A stretch of DNA of 44,860 nucleotides from a virus (lineage: Duplodnaviria; Caudoviricetes): the IMG/VR virus record IMGVR_UViG_3300037311_000490, positions 1 through 44,860 of that record; one strand, given 5' to 3'. Shown one piece after another: positions 1-9,127 of this stretch. Each line of letters opens with the position of its first letter. The stretch's first letter is position 1. A program made the translations under genes and the position numbers. The notes under the pieces are model-generated. The model made no database searches and was not told the origin of the DNA. It worked only from the letters and a program-made list of their open reading frames with translations.

Positions 1-279
1 TCATCTGCGCCGCGAGGAGCGTCCAGCGCGCGAGGCACGAGTACGCCCGCTGCCAGCACCGATGCTCCCGCCACTGCCGGAGCTGGCATCGCCATCACTG
101 CCGCCGCAAGACCGCTTCGATGCAGACATCGAGCCGTCGTTGCAAATGAACTTGCTGCCCGAGCAATGTGAGACACCGCCCTTTTTGCCGGAACAGGGTC
201 GATTGCCGCGCGCCTCCGCGGCGGCCGGCGCAAGGAACACAGCGAAGGCGGCGAGGCTCAGCAGGCGGCGGGTGAGCAT
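1..279 (-). CDS. Small secreted Cys-containing protein, YdcA-like, with Gly/Ser/Arg-rich tail
   Basis: Signal peptide ending AEA, then RPCSGKKGGVSHCSGSKFICNDGSMSASKRSC, which matches my recollection of the E. coli YdcA motif. Confidence 0.75.
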   Translation of the reverse strand: MLTRRLLSLAAFAVFLAPAAAEARGNRPCSGKKGGVSHCSGSKFICNDGSMSASKRSCGGSDGDASSGSGGSIGAGSGRTRASRAGRSSRRR

Positions 280-308
280 GGGACAGTCTCCGGTAGGGCA
301 GCCAGATA

Positions 309-773
309 TCAGGGCAGGGTGACGTAGACGCGAATATCCTGGCCATTGCTGGCACGGAGGACGTAGCGCACGCCCATGAAGGTTACCTCACCCCGTTGGG
401 TTGAGGCTGACGCCGTGACCAGCCGGTCCACCAGCTGCCCCCGCTCCTTGGGCGACGCATTCGGGGAGAAAACCTTGGCGGCGGCGAGGAGGAAGCTGAT
501 TGCATGGGCGGCACCCGGCCGTGACGGTGCAAAATAGGCGGCCACCTCTTCCACCGGGGTTCCGGTGCCATTGCCTACAACCATTACATATGCGCCGCGA
601 TCAAGATCGTGGCGGCACTGCCCGCCCTCCTGCTGGCAATCGACGAAGCGCATGGGCAGGCCAGCCTTGCCGAAGGCGAAATGCAGGGTGGAGGTCAGCG
701 GCAAAGGGCTGGCCTGCGCCACGGCCGCCGACAGACTTGCGACCAGCGAGGCGACAAAAATCAGCATTCTCAT
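309..773 (-). CDS. Hypothetical secreted protein
   Basis: N-terminal signal peptide (MRMLIFVASLVASLSAAVAQA); start overlaps the repressor stop (ATGA); Cys pair. Confidence 0.7.
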   Translation of the reverse strand: MRMLIFVASLVASLSAAVAQASPLPLTSTLHFAFGKAGLPMRFVDCQQEGGQCRHDLDRGAYVMVVGNGTGTPVEEVAAYFAPSRPGAAHAISFLLAAAKVFSPNASPKERGQLVDRLVTASASTQRGEVTFMGVRYVLRASNGQDIRVYVTLP

Positions 774-1429
774 AGGGGATGCTCCATCCAGAAGACCTTG
801 CCCACCACCCGCAGCTGCTCCGCGTCAGCAGCGCTGAGGGTTTCGGGCGCATAGGCAGGGTTGTCAGACTTCAGGGTAATCGTGCCGCCAAACTGTCGCT
901 GCACACGTTTCAGGCGCACATCGTCATCGAGCACAAGAACGTAAATTCCGTCATCGCGCACTCGACGGACGCCGCCGTCCACCAGAACGACCGTTCCATC
1001 GGCGATCGTCGGCAGCATGCTGTCGCCCACCGCCCTTATGAAGTGGCATTTGTCGATTCTTACACCGTAGCGGCGCAAGAGCGTTCGCGAGAACGGAATG
1101 TGGCTGAGCACCTCGACGAAGCCGTTGTGCGCCCCCGGACCCGCAGAGCCCACCACATTGAGCACCGGGATCTGGATAGTGTCGGGCGGCTCGGGTGATT
1201 CATTCTCCATTTTCGGGATGGTTTCGGACGATGTAGCAGCCTCGATCCCGAAAATGATCCAGTCCACAGATGTACCGGATGCACGTGACAGGTCCGCAAG
1301 TCGCGAGGCTGGCATTTCGGTTTCTCCCCGCATGTATCGGTCCAACGTACTGTTAGGAATACCTGTTTTCTGAAGAACGGCCGCGCGCCCCCCGGCGCGC
1401 TCAACCGCGAGCGCGATCCGCTTTACCAT
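770..1429 (-). CDS. Phage repressor, XRE HTH plus S24 peptidase (CI/LexA-like)
   Basis: HTH (KTGIPNSTLDRYMRGETEMP), AG cleavage motif (GSAGPG), GDSMLPTI catalytic Ser and LKRV Lys. Start set at ATG 1429; the ORF extension to 1588 overlaps ner and the control region. Confidence 0.9.
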   Translation of the reverse strand: MVKRIALAVERAGGRAAVLQKTGIPNSTLDRYMRGETEMPASRLADLSRASGTSVDWIIFGIEAATSSETIPKMENESPEPPDTIQIPVLNVVGSAGPGAHNGFVEVLSHIPFSRTLLRRYGVRIDKCHFIRAVGDSMLPTIADGTVVLVDGGVRRVRDDGIYVLVLDDDVRLKRVQRQFGGTITLKSDNPAYAPETLSAADAEQLRVVGKVFWMEHPL

Positions 1430-1455
1430 TTCTGGATCGACGACGCTCAAAGAGG

Positions 1456-1564
1456 CCCGAACATGGTGAACACATCCCAAATACGACTTGACGGCCGTCC
1501 CATATTTGGTAACCGTCAACCAGTGTTGATTGCTGGCTTGGTTAACATGCCAGCCAAAAACGGG
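1456..1564. promoter_or_regulatory. Divergent repressor/ner control region with four candidate operator sites and a TTGACG -35-like hexamer
   Basis: CCCGAACATGGT 1456-1467, CCCAAATACGAC 1476-1487, CCCATATTTGGT 1499-1510 and reverse-strand CCCGTTTTTGGC 1553-1564; TTGACG at 1488-1493; AT-rich relative to flanks. Confidence 0.5.
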
Positions 1565-1570
1565 AAACCC

Positions 1571-1852
1571 ATGCTCCAGCCGTGGCATCGTGCCGACATA
1601 GTTGCCGCCGTCCGCAAACGCGGCTCGACCCTTCGCCAGCTGTCACTGCAGCATGGCTTCGCGGAGAGCACACTGCGGGCCAGTCTGGAGCGGCTCCACC
1701 CGGTGGCCCACACCATCATCTCGGAGTTCATCGACCAGCCCCGGCAGATCATCTGGCCGCAGTTTTACGACCTGGATGGTCGGCGCATGAGCCTGCCAGA
1801 GCAGCGTCGCCGCGCCATCATCGCAGCCCGAGCGCAGCGGAGCGCCGCATGA
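1571..1852 (+). CDS. ner: Ner/Nlp-family DNA-binding protein
   Basis: WHRADIVAAVRKRGSTLRQLS...IWPQFY is the Ner pattern; divergent from the repressor. Alternative start 1547. Confidence 0.88.
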   Translation: MLQPWHRADIVAAVRKRGSTLRQLSLQHGFAESTLRASLERLHPVAHTIISEFIDQPRQIIWPQFYDLDGRRMSLPEQRRRAIIAARAQRSAA

Positions 1853-2781
1853 CGCCGGGAGAGCTTTTCCCCGGCCAAGTCGCCCTTATCGACGCCTCCG
1901 TGCGCCTGCGGCCCGTGGACCCCGATCGTGTGGGCGCGCTAGCGGCATCCATGCGCGAGATAGGGCTGCAACAGCCCATTATCGTCCGGCCGGGCCGGGG
2001 CGGCTTTGTGCTGGTCGCTGGCGGCCACAGACTTGAGGCAGCCCGGCTGCTGGGGTGGGAGTTCATCCCGGCCATTCTCGCCGATGTGGGCGAGGCCCAG
2101 GCGGCGATCATCGAGATTGACGAGAACCTCATCCGCCACGAGCTCAGCGCGCTTGATTTCGCGATCTCGGTGGCGCGGCGGAAGGCGCTCTATGAAGCGC
2201 TCAATCCGCAGGTTAAGCACGGGGGTCGCCGTGAGAAAAATGGCGAGGCAACACCAGAAACCAAAGACTTGGACCAAGTCGCAAACCTTGCGACTTGGTC
2301 CCGCTTCTCGAAGGACGCGGCGAAGCGCACGGGCCTGAGCGAGCGCACGTTTCAGTATGCCGCGGGCATCATGCAGCGCCTGTCGCCGGAGGTGGTGGCG
2401 CTGGTGCGCGCCACCAAGCTGGCCCACAACGGCGCCGCCCTCAAGAAGCTTTCCCGCCTTCCGCCTGACGCCCAGCTCGCGGCGGTGCAGGCTTTGGTGG
2501 CCGGACAAGCGCGGACGCTTGCCGCCGCCCTGCTGGTCAGCGGCCATGCCGAGCCCGTGGCCATCGATCCTGACGAAGCGCTGATGGCGCGGTTTCAGGA
2601 TCTGCTCTCCCGCAGCAATGCCACCACGCGGCGCCGCATGTTGCTGGGCCTCATCCGGCATGTGCGCTCCGGCGAGCTGCCGGCGCTGGCCAATGCGCTG
2701 GCCGAGCGCCTGCCCAACCGGGGTCGCAAGCTGGTGAGCGACGCACTCGCGGCACTGGTGGACGGGCAGGAAGCCGCCTGA
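1849..2781 (+). CDS. ParB/Srx N-terminal domain protein with HTH
   Basis: LAASMREIGLQQPIIVR...LVAGGHRLEAARLLG...EIDENLIRHELS; HTH DAAKRTGLSERTFQ; ATGA coupling to ner. Confidence 0.88.
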   Translation: MTPGELFPGQVALIDASVRLRPVDPDRVGALAASMREIGLQQPIIVRPGRGGFVLVAGGHRLEAARLLGWEFIPAILADVGEAQAAIIEIDENLIRHELSALDFAISVARRKALYEALNPQVKHGGRREKNGEATPETKDLDQVANLATWSRFSKDAAKRTGLSERTFQYAAGIMQRLSPEVVALVRATKLAHNGAALKKLSRLPPDAQLAAVQALVAGQARTLAAALLVSGHAEPVAIDPDEALMARFQDLLSRSNATTRRRMLLGLIRHVRSGELPALANALAERLPNRGRKLVSDALAALVDGQEAA

Positions 2782-4724
2782 TGCCGCAGCCTGCACCCAC
2801 CCGTCATTGGTACACGCTGGCCGAGTTGCTGCCCGCGGCCGCGCCCGATCTGCCCGACACGGCTTCCGGCCTGATGGAGCTGATCCTGCGCGACCGGTGG
2901 CGCGAGGACAGCAGGCGTGCCCGTGTCCGCTTCGGCCAGGGCGGCGGCTATGAATACCACATCAGCCGGTTACCTCTGGCCGTGCGCGCCCGCCTGCTGG
3001 CGATGGACGAAACCGCCCTGCAGGCCGGAACTTCCTCGCAGCAGGGGGCTTCGAAGGCGCTTCGAAGCCCCGCGTGGGCAACGTTCGAACGCCTGCCCGA
3101 GCGCGCGAAGGCGAAAGCGCAGGCCCGGCTTGCCGCCGTCATCGCCGCACAGGCGGGCGGGGATGGTGTGACGCGGGCAGCAGCTGTGGCGGCCACGGCC
3201 ACGGAGCATGGTGTGTCGCCCTCGTCCTTGTGGGGCTGGCTGGCGCGTGTCGAGGGCGTGGCGAGGGTCGATTGGCTACCGGCGCTGGCCGACCAGCGGG
3301 CGGGCGAGACCGGCAACCGCGCCCAGATCGCTCAGGACGCGTGGGACTACTTCCTCGCCGATTACCTGCGGCTGGAGCAGCCGGGGCTCGCCGAATGCTA
3401 CCACCGCCTGCAGCGGGCGGCGCGATCCCACGGCTGGGGCACGCTGCCCAGCCTGAAGACACTGCAGCGTCGGCTCGACCGCGAGGTGAGCCAGGCCGCC
3501 CAGACGCTGGCGCGCAAGGGCCGCGAGGCCTCGCGCGTCATGGCGCCCGCCCAGAGGCGTGACCGGACGGTGTTCGCGAGCCTCGAAGCGGTGAACGCCG
3601 ACGGCTACAAGCACAACGTCTTCGTGCGCTGGCCGGACGGCGAGATCCGCCGCCCCATCAGCATTGCCTTTCAGGACATCCGTTCCGGCCTGTGGCTGGC
3701 GCGCCGCACGGACAAGACCGAGAACAAGGAAGCCACCCGCCTTGCCATCGGCGACATGGTCAGCCGCTACGGCATCCCCGAGCATGTCTACTTCGATAAC
3801 GGGCGCCATTTCAGCTCGAAGTGGCTGACCGGGCGAACCGCCTTCCGCTTCCGTTTCACCATCCGCGACGAGGAGCCCGAGGGCATTCTGACCGCGCTTG
3901 GCCCGAAGGTGCACTTCACCACGCCCTACAGCGGCCGATCAAAACCCATCGAGCGGAGCTTCCGCGAGATTGGCGGCACCATCGACAAGCACCCGTTGTT
4001 CGCGGGCGCCTGGACCGGCAACCGCCCCGACGCCAAGCCCGAGAACTATGCTTCTACCGCCATTCCGCTGGATGTCTTCGAGCGGGTCTGCCTCTCCGAG
4101 GTGGCCGAGCATAATGCGCGCGAGGGACGGAGCGGGCTGGGCATGAACGGTCGCAGCTTCGACCAGGTATTTGCCGCCCATGCCCCAGAGCTGGGCTTCC
4201 GGCGCGCCACGGTGGAGCAGCGCAGGCTCTTCCTGCTGGCGGCGGAAGGGGTGACGGCCCGCAAGCCCGACGGCCGTATCGAGCTGTTCGACAACCGCTT
4301 CTGGTGCGACGCCTTGGCGGAGCGCATTGGGCAGAAGCTCATCGTGCGGTTCGATCCCCAGCACCTGCACGAGGGCGTGGCTCTCTACACCCTCGACAAC
4401 CGCTTCATCGCCGAAGCCGGCCGCCTCGACGATGTGGGCTTCAACAGCGTGGACGATGCCCGCGAGGCTGCCCGCCTGCAGAGCCAGATCCTGCGCGGCC
4501 GCCGCGAGGAGCTGGAGCTTATCCGCAGGCTGGACATCGCCGAGCTCAAGCGGCTCACGCCCGTGGATGCACCAGCGCCAGAGCCCGAGCCCCAGAAGGT
4601 CGTGCGGCTGGTGGCCGGTGGCGGCGGCCGCAGACCCGCCCGAGCTCTCGACTTCAACGCGCTCTCCAGCGCGCTCGACCGCATCAACCCGGACGGGGTG
4701 ACACCCATCCGGCGCAACACCTGA
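2781..4724 (+). CDS. Mu-like DDE transposase (MuA)
   Basis: N-terminal Mu DNA-binding motif (GQGGGYEYHISRLP); DDE residues in NADG, FDNG and KPIERSF; C-terminal VRFDP motif. Confidence 0.95.
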   Translation: MPQPAPTRHWYTLAELLPAAAPDLPDTASGLMELILRDRWREDSRRARVRFGQGGGYEYHISRLPLAVRARLLAMDETALQAGTSSQQGASKALRSPAWATFERLPERAKAKAQARLAAVIAAQAGGDGVTRAAAVAATATEHGVSPSSLWGWLARVEGVARVDWLPALADQRAGETGNRAQIAQDAWDYFLADYLRLEQPGLAECYHRLQRAARSHGWGTLPSLKTLQRRLDREVSQAAQTLARKGREASRVMAPAQRRDRTVFASLEAVNADGYKHNVFVRWPDGEIRRPISIAFQDIRSGLWLARRTDKTENKEATRLAIGDMVSRYGIPEHVYFDNGRHFSSKWLTGRTAFRFRFTIRDEEPEGILTALGPKVHFTTPYSGRSKPIERSFREIGGTIDKHPLFAGAWTGNRPDAKPENYASTAIPLDVFERVCLSEVAEHNAREGRSGLGMNGRSFDQVFAAHAPELGFRRATVEQRRLFLLAAEGVTARKPDGRIELFDNRFWCDALAERIGQKLIVRFDPQHLHEGVALYTLDNRFIAEAGRLDDVGFNSVDDAREAARLQSQILRGRREELELIRRLDIAELKRLTPVDAPAPEPEPQKVVRLVAGGGGRRPARALDFNALSSALDRINPDGVTPIRRNT

Positions 4725-4769
4725 CGCCACAACAGGGCCGCCAGAGCCCGACCAGCCCCAGAGGACCAC

Positions 4770-5750
4770 GTGACAGAGACAGTTCTAGCCCACAATGGCC
4801 AACCGGCCAGCGAGTACATCAACGACATCCGCAAGGCCGTGAAGCGCCACTCGGAGGCCACCGGCGTCTCCCAGGCGGAGATCGCCAGAGGCAGCGGCGT
4901 GTCATCCAGCACGCTGAGTGAGTTCCTGCGCAACACCTACCGCGGGAACATGCTGCAGGTGGCAGAAACTCTCGAGAAGTGGGTGGGAGCCGAGACCGAC
5001 AAGCTGGAGCACAGCTATGCGGTAATCAGCGACCCGCCGTTCATCGAGACGAGCCTCGCGAAACAGGTGCTCACAGCGCTTCGTTATGCCCACGTCAGCC
5101 CGTCGATGGCGGTGGTGACACTGGGCAGCGGACTGGGAAAGACCGTCGCGCTCAAGCACTACGCCGCCACACACCTGCACGCGTACCGGGTGGTCATTCG
5201 CCCCACTGACAGCCGGCCGAACCGGGCCATGCGCGCCATTGGCCGCATGCTGGGACTGGGCGACATCATGCGGCTGCAGGACATGACGGTGCGCATCTCC
5301 GAGCGCCTGAAGCGCGAAGGTGGCCGCCAGACGCTCCTGATGATCGACGAGGCGCAGCACCTCTCAGAGGAGAGCGTCAACGAGCTGCGCTTCCTCCTCG
5401 ACGAGTTCCAGTGCGGCCTTGCCCTCGTGGGCAACGAAGATCTGATGCGGCGCTACCGCCTGCAGGCGACGCGCGAGGGCTTCGGCCAGATCCATCGTCG
5501 CATCGGCACCCGCGTGGATATCCGTGTCTGCCCGCCCACGGATGTGGACCTGATCCTCAATGCCATGGGCGTCAGCGACCCCGAGCTGCGCCGGCTTTCT
5601 CATCAGGTGGCGCTCCGCCCGGGCGGCATTGGCCAAATGGTCGACACCCTCAAGCTGGCCAGCGTCAGCGCCTACGGCCACCACCGCGAGGTCACCGCGG
5701 GTGACCTCAAGGCGGCGTGGTCCAACCGCAGCCAGGAGGACATTCGATGA
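4770..5750 (+). CDS. MuB-like transposition AAA+ ATPase with N-terminal HTH
   Basis: HTH (SQAEIARGSGVSSSTLSEFL), Walker A GSGLGKT, Walker B LMIDEAQHL; GAGGA RBS before GTG; follows MuA. Confidence 0.93.
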   Translation: MTETVLAHNGQPASEYINDIRKAVKRHSEATGVSQAEIARGSGVSSSTLSEFLRNTYRGNMLQVAETLEKWVGAETDKLEHSYAVISDPPFIETSLAKQVLTALRYAHVSPSMAVVTLGSGLGKTVALKHYAATHLHAYRVVIRPTDSRPNRAMRAIGRMLGLGDIMRLQDMTVRISERLKREGGRQTLLMIDEAQHLSEESVNELRFLLDEFQCGLALVGNEDLMRRYRLQATREGFGQIHRRIGTRVDIRVCPPTDVDLILNAMGVSDPELRRLSHQVALRPGGIGQMVDTLKLASVSAYGHHREVTAGDLKAAWSNRSQEDIR

Positions 5751-6046
5751 TAAACGCACCCCCTCAAATCCACCTCCTGCGCCAGAACGAACAGGGCAAG
5801 CCGGCCAGGGGCGCACCGTCGCCAGCACTGGAGACCGCCGTGCTGGGGCTGGCCGAGGCAGCGATTGGCGCCATGCGCAAGCGTGTGGCGCTGGATGGCG
5901 CCATCGCGGAGGAGCTGCGCTTCCTCATCGTCCACATGGAGGCGGCGATCCGCGCTCCGCAGGAGCACGAGCCGTCGGTGTTCCTGCGCCGGGCGGCCGA
6001 GACGCTGCAGGGCCTCGCCGACCGCCTGGACGGGAGGCGCGCATGA
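5747..6046 (+). CDS. Hypothetical protein
   Basis: ATGA coupling at both ends; GGAGGA RBS. Confidence 0.65.
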   Translation: MINAPPQIHLLRQNEQGKPARGAPSPALETAVLGLAEAAIGAMRKRVALDGAIAEELRFLIVHMEAAIRAPQEHEPSVFLRRAAETLQGLADRLDGRRA

Positions 6047-6744
6047 GTGTCGCCCCGTTCACCGATCCGCAGCCCGATGAGCGCCCGGCGGCGCCGCAGC
6101 GCGAGCCCTCCATCAGGCACATCGCCGAGACGGTCTGCGCGACCTACGGCGTGGATTACCGTGACCTCATCTCGGCCCGGCGCACCACCAGCCTCGTGCG
6201 CCCCCGGCAGGTGGCCTACTGGCTGGCGCGCCGGCACACCCGCAAATCGCTGCCCGAGGTCGGGCGACGGCTCGGCGGCCGCGACCACACCACGGTGCTG
6301 CACGGCATCGACCGCATGGAGATGCGCCTCGCCGGTGACCCCGGACTGCGCGACGAGGTGGCCTGCATCGAGATGGCGCTGGGCGTCGGCGCCGTGGCCA
6401 TCGACCGTCTTGGCCACCGGCACTTCGTGGACCGCGACGTGACCCAGACGGTCGCGGCCATCCTCGACCGCGGCCAGGCCACCACCGTGAGCATCGACGA
6501 GCTGCGCGAGATGGCCATGCTCGTGCGCTCGCAGCTGACCCCCTTGGTGGAGCGTGAAGGGGCGCGGTCCGAACCCGAACCTCCCCAGCGCGCGCTCACC
6601 GACCTGCGGCAGGCCGTCCGCGCCGTGATCGAGGCTCACCTCGCCTGGCAAAGTTCCCGCTTCTCCCGCGGCGAGGAGCACGCCGAAAGGCGACTGACAA
6701 CCGTCATCACAGCCATGAAATCCACCCTGGAGAGCCAGATATGA
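6043..6744 (+). CDS. DnaA C-terminal (domain IV) HTH-containing protein
   Basis: RPRQVAYWLARRHTRKSLPEVGRRLGGRDHTTVLHG is the Bac_DnaA_C signature; no AAA+ domain. Confidence 0.88.
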   Translation: MSVAPFTDPQPDERPAAPQREPSIRHIAETVCATYGVDYRDLISARRTTSLVRPRQVAYWLARRHTRKSLPEVGRRLGGRDHTTVLHGIDRMEMRLAGDPGLRDEVACIEMALGVGAVAIDRLGHRHFVDRDVTQTVAAILDRGQATTVSIDELREMAMLVRSQLTPLVEREGARSEPEPPQRALTDLRQAVRAVIEAHLAWQSSRFSRGEEHAERRLTTVITAMKSTLESQI

Positions 6745-7397
6745 CCCAGACGCAGACCCAGCCAGAAACCCACCTGCCCGGCCGCATCGATGTCGGCGGC
6801 CAGCCCTACATGCGGGATGCCCGCGGCGCCCTCGTGCCCGTGGACCTCGTTCGGCCCATGGACCTGCTCATGGACGAGACCGTGCGCAAGGTGATGGCTT
6901 TCGCCCGGGACCTCAGCGCCCAGGTGGCGCGCTTCCGGGGGCATACTTTCCATGATGTCGCGGCGCTCCAGGCGCTGATCGCGCAGGAGTACGGCGCCAG
7001 CCTCGGCGGCGCCAAGGGCAACATCAGCCTCACCAGCTATGACGGCACCATGAAGGTGCAGGTGCAGGTGGCGGACCTGATCGAGTTCGGGCCGGAGCTG
7101 CAGGCGGCCAAGGTTTTGATCGACCAGTGCCTGACCGAATGGGGCGCGGAGAGCCGCGTGGAGATCCGCGCGCTCGTCGACCGGGTGTTCTCGGTCGGCA
7201 AGGAAGGCGCCATCAACCGCGCCGAGCTGTTCAGCCTGCTGCGGCTCGACATCGCCGACGAGCGCTGGGTCAGCGCCATGCGCGCCATCCGCGAGAGCAT
7301 CCGCGTCATCGGCTCGAAGCAATACGTGCGCTTCTACGAGCGCCCGAGCCCCGACGCGCCCTGGCGCGCCGTCTCCATCGACATCGCCAGCGCCTGA
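6741..7397 (+). CDS. DUF3164 family protein (Mu-like early gene)
   Basis: YMRDARGALVP, GGAKGNISLTSYDG, FGPELQAAKVLID, GSKQYVRFYER. Confidence 0.85.
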   Translation: MTQTQTQPETHLPGRIDVGGQPYMRDARGALVPVDLVRPMDLLMDETVRKVMAFARDLSAQVARFRGHTFHDVAALQALIAQEYGASLGGAKGNISLTSYDGTMKVQVQVADLIEFGPELQAAKVLIDQCLTEWGAESRVEIRALVDRVFSVGKEGAINRAELFSLLRLDIADERWVSAMRAIRESIRVIGSKQYVRFYERPSPDAPWRAVSIDIASA

Positions 7398-7404
7398 GGA
7401 GGGG

Positions 7405-7761
7405 ATGATGGCAAACTGCTTCCATGCCGACTGCACAGTCACCGACGGCGACATCGCGGATGCGCTGTTCGATGACGCTGAACTGCCGCGCCAAGGTCTA
7501 CCGGCAGGCGCTGGCCCTCAAGCAGGGGCGCGCACAATGAGCGTCCGCCTCGTGCCCATGACCCAGGAAGCCAAGCGGCTCGGGTACCGTCTAAGTGCCG
7601 CGCACCTCAAGCAAATGCTTGGAAAACACCTGCTTCGTCTGGCGCAGGCCGACGCTGCCGGCGATCAGCGCGCCATCCGCAATGCTGGCCGCCGCTGCGA
7701 CATCTACCAGGATGCGCTCGACCTCCGCATCCATCTCGACAGCAAAAGGAGACAGCCATGA
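7405..7761 (+). CDS. Hypothetical protein
   Basis: GAGGAGG RBS; coupled to the next ORF; start uncertain. Confidence 0.55.
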   Translation: MMANCFHADCTVTDGDIADALFDDAELPRQGLPAGAGPQAGARTMSVRLVPMTQEAKRLGYRLSAAHLKQMLGKHLLRLAQADAAGDQRAIRNAGRRCDIYQDALDLRIHLDSKRRQP

Positions 7762-7997
7762 ACACCGTCATCGACATCACCCGCCGCCTGCCCGCCACGC
7801 CGCCGCCGGAGCCGTTTCCCAAGGGCACCCGCGTCCGCATGACGTTCACCGATTGGGAAACCGGCGAGATCACCGTGGAGGGCATCGTGCGCGGCCGCTC
7901 CAGCCCGACGCACCTCGTCGTCACCATCGCCGGCCTTGCCTATGCGGTCGCGCAGGCGGATTGCAGCGTCATCGCCACCCCGGCCGAGGTGGCGTGA
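7758..7997 (+). CDS. Hypothetical protein
   Basis: AGGAG RBS; overlapping start/stop at both ends. Confidence 0.65.
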   Translation: MNTVIDITRRLPATPPPEPFPKGTRVRMTFTDWETGEITVEGIVRGRSSPTHLVVTIAGLAYAVAQADCSVIATPAEVA

Positions 7998-9127
7998 TGG
8001 GTGCCGCCAAGCCCGCCCTCGGTTACGCCAGCCGCACACAGGCCGCGCAGGCGCTGGAGCGCGAGGGTTTATCCACCCAAGCCATCGCCGGGCGGCTGGG
8101 GATCAGCCAGAACGCGGTCTCTGGCTTGCTGGCCGGCGCCAAGGCCTATGCCCGTTCCCGCGAGACGGGTCCGGTCCCGGGGCGGCCCTATGCCTCTCCC
8201 TCCGAGAGCAACCTGACGGAGCGCCGGCCCACCACCACCGCGGAGGTGCGCGAGCTGCTGCTGCGCATCCCTGCCCAGCAATTCGCCCGGCTCGTCGAGG
8301 CGGCGCGCAAGGCGGGCCATACGCCCGCCGTCTACGCCGGCCAGCTGCTGCAGGCCGCCTGGTCAGCCCGCTGCGCGCCCACGGGCGACGCCGCGCTGGA
8401 TACCGCCGTCGGCCGGCTGGGCGAGCCTGACACCACGGATTGGCAGGCGGAGGCCAGGAGCCTGCAGGGCCAGCTGCAGGCCGCCAGCGGCCGCGCCGAG
8501 CACGCGCAGGCCGCGCTAGCTCAGGCCGAGCGCCAGCTCGCCATCGTGGCGGCCTCGCTCGCCGACCAGGAGGCCGGTCACGCGGCCGAACGCAAGCTGA
8601 TCGAGCAGGAGCGCACCGCCCATGCCGCGCCGCCCGCGCCTGATGAACCGGCCATCACCGCCGGGCAGGCCCAGCGTATCCGCAGCTACGCCCGCTCCGG
8701 CCTCGGCACCGACGACATCGCCGCCTCCATGCGCCTGCCCCGCGAGGCCGTGGACGGCGATCGCATCACCGTCATCGATGGCGACACCGTGGCGCTGCCC
8801 TGCGCCGTGCCCGGCCGGGGCTGCGCGGAGCGCGTGCGGGTCTACAGCATCGACGCGCCCGAGACGCGCGGCGCCCGCTGCCCGGCCGAGCGTGAAGCCG
8901 GCCTGAGGGCCAAGGCGCGTCTGGCCGCGCTGCTGCGCCGACAGGCCGTGAGCATCGAACGCTGCGAGCCCGGCATCAACGGCCGCGCGCCCCGTTGCAC
9001 CGACCGCTACGGCCGCACGCTGGCGCGCCTTGTCACCGCCGCCGGCGACGTCGGCAGCGTCCTCATCGCCGAAGGGCTGGCCACGCGCTGGCCCGTGCGT
9101 GCCGACTGGTGCGGGGGTGGTGAGTGA
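7997..9127 (+). CDS. HTH/coiled-coil protein fused to a thermonuclease (SNase-like) domain
   Basis: N-terminal HTH (STQAIAGRLGISQNAVSGLL); C-terminal VIDGDT, RVYSIDAPE and DRYGRTLA SNase motifs. Confidence 0.8.
   Translation: MGAAKPALGYASRTQAAQALEREGLSTQAIAGRLGISQNAVSGLLAGAKAYARSRETGPVPGRPYASPSESNLTERRPTTTAEVRELLLRIPAQQFARLVEAARKAGHTPAVYAGQLLQAAWSARCAPTGDAALDTAVGRLGEPDTTDWQAEARSLQGQLQAASGRAEHAQAALAQAERQLAIVAASLADQEAGHAAERKLIEQERTAHAAPPAPDEPAITAGQAQRIRSYARSGLGTDDIAASMRLPREAVDGDRITVIDGDTVALPCAVPGRGCAERVRVYSIDAPETRGARCPAEREAGLRAKARLAALLRRQAVSIERCEPGINGRAPRCTDRYGRTLARLVTAAGDVGSVLIAEGLATRWPVRADWCGGGE

Noticed and set aside
1430-1588. N-terminal extensions of the repressor (to 1588), ner (from 1463) and ParB (from 1582)
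   Set aside because: They overlap the divergent control region or neighbouring genes; downstream starts fit domain boundaries and coupling better.
8069-8077. DnaA-box-like TTATCCACC
   Set aside because: Single one-mismatch site inside a coding region; compatible with chance.
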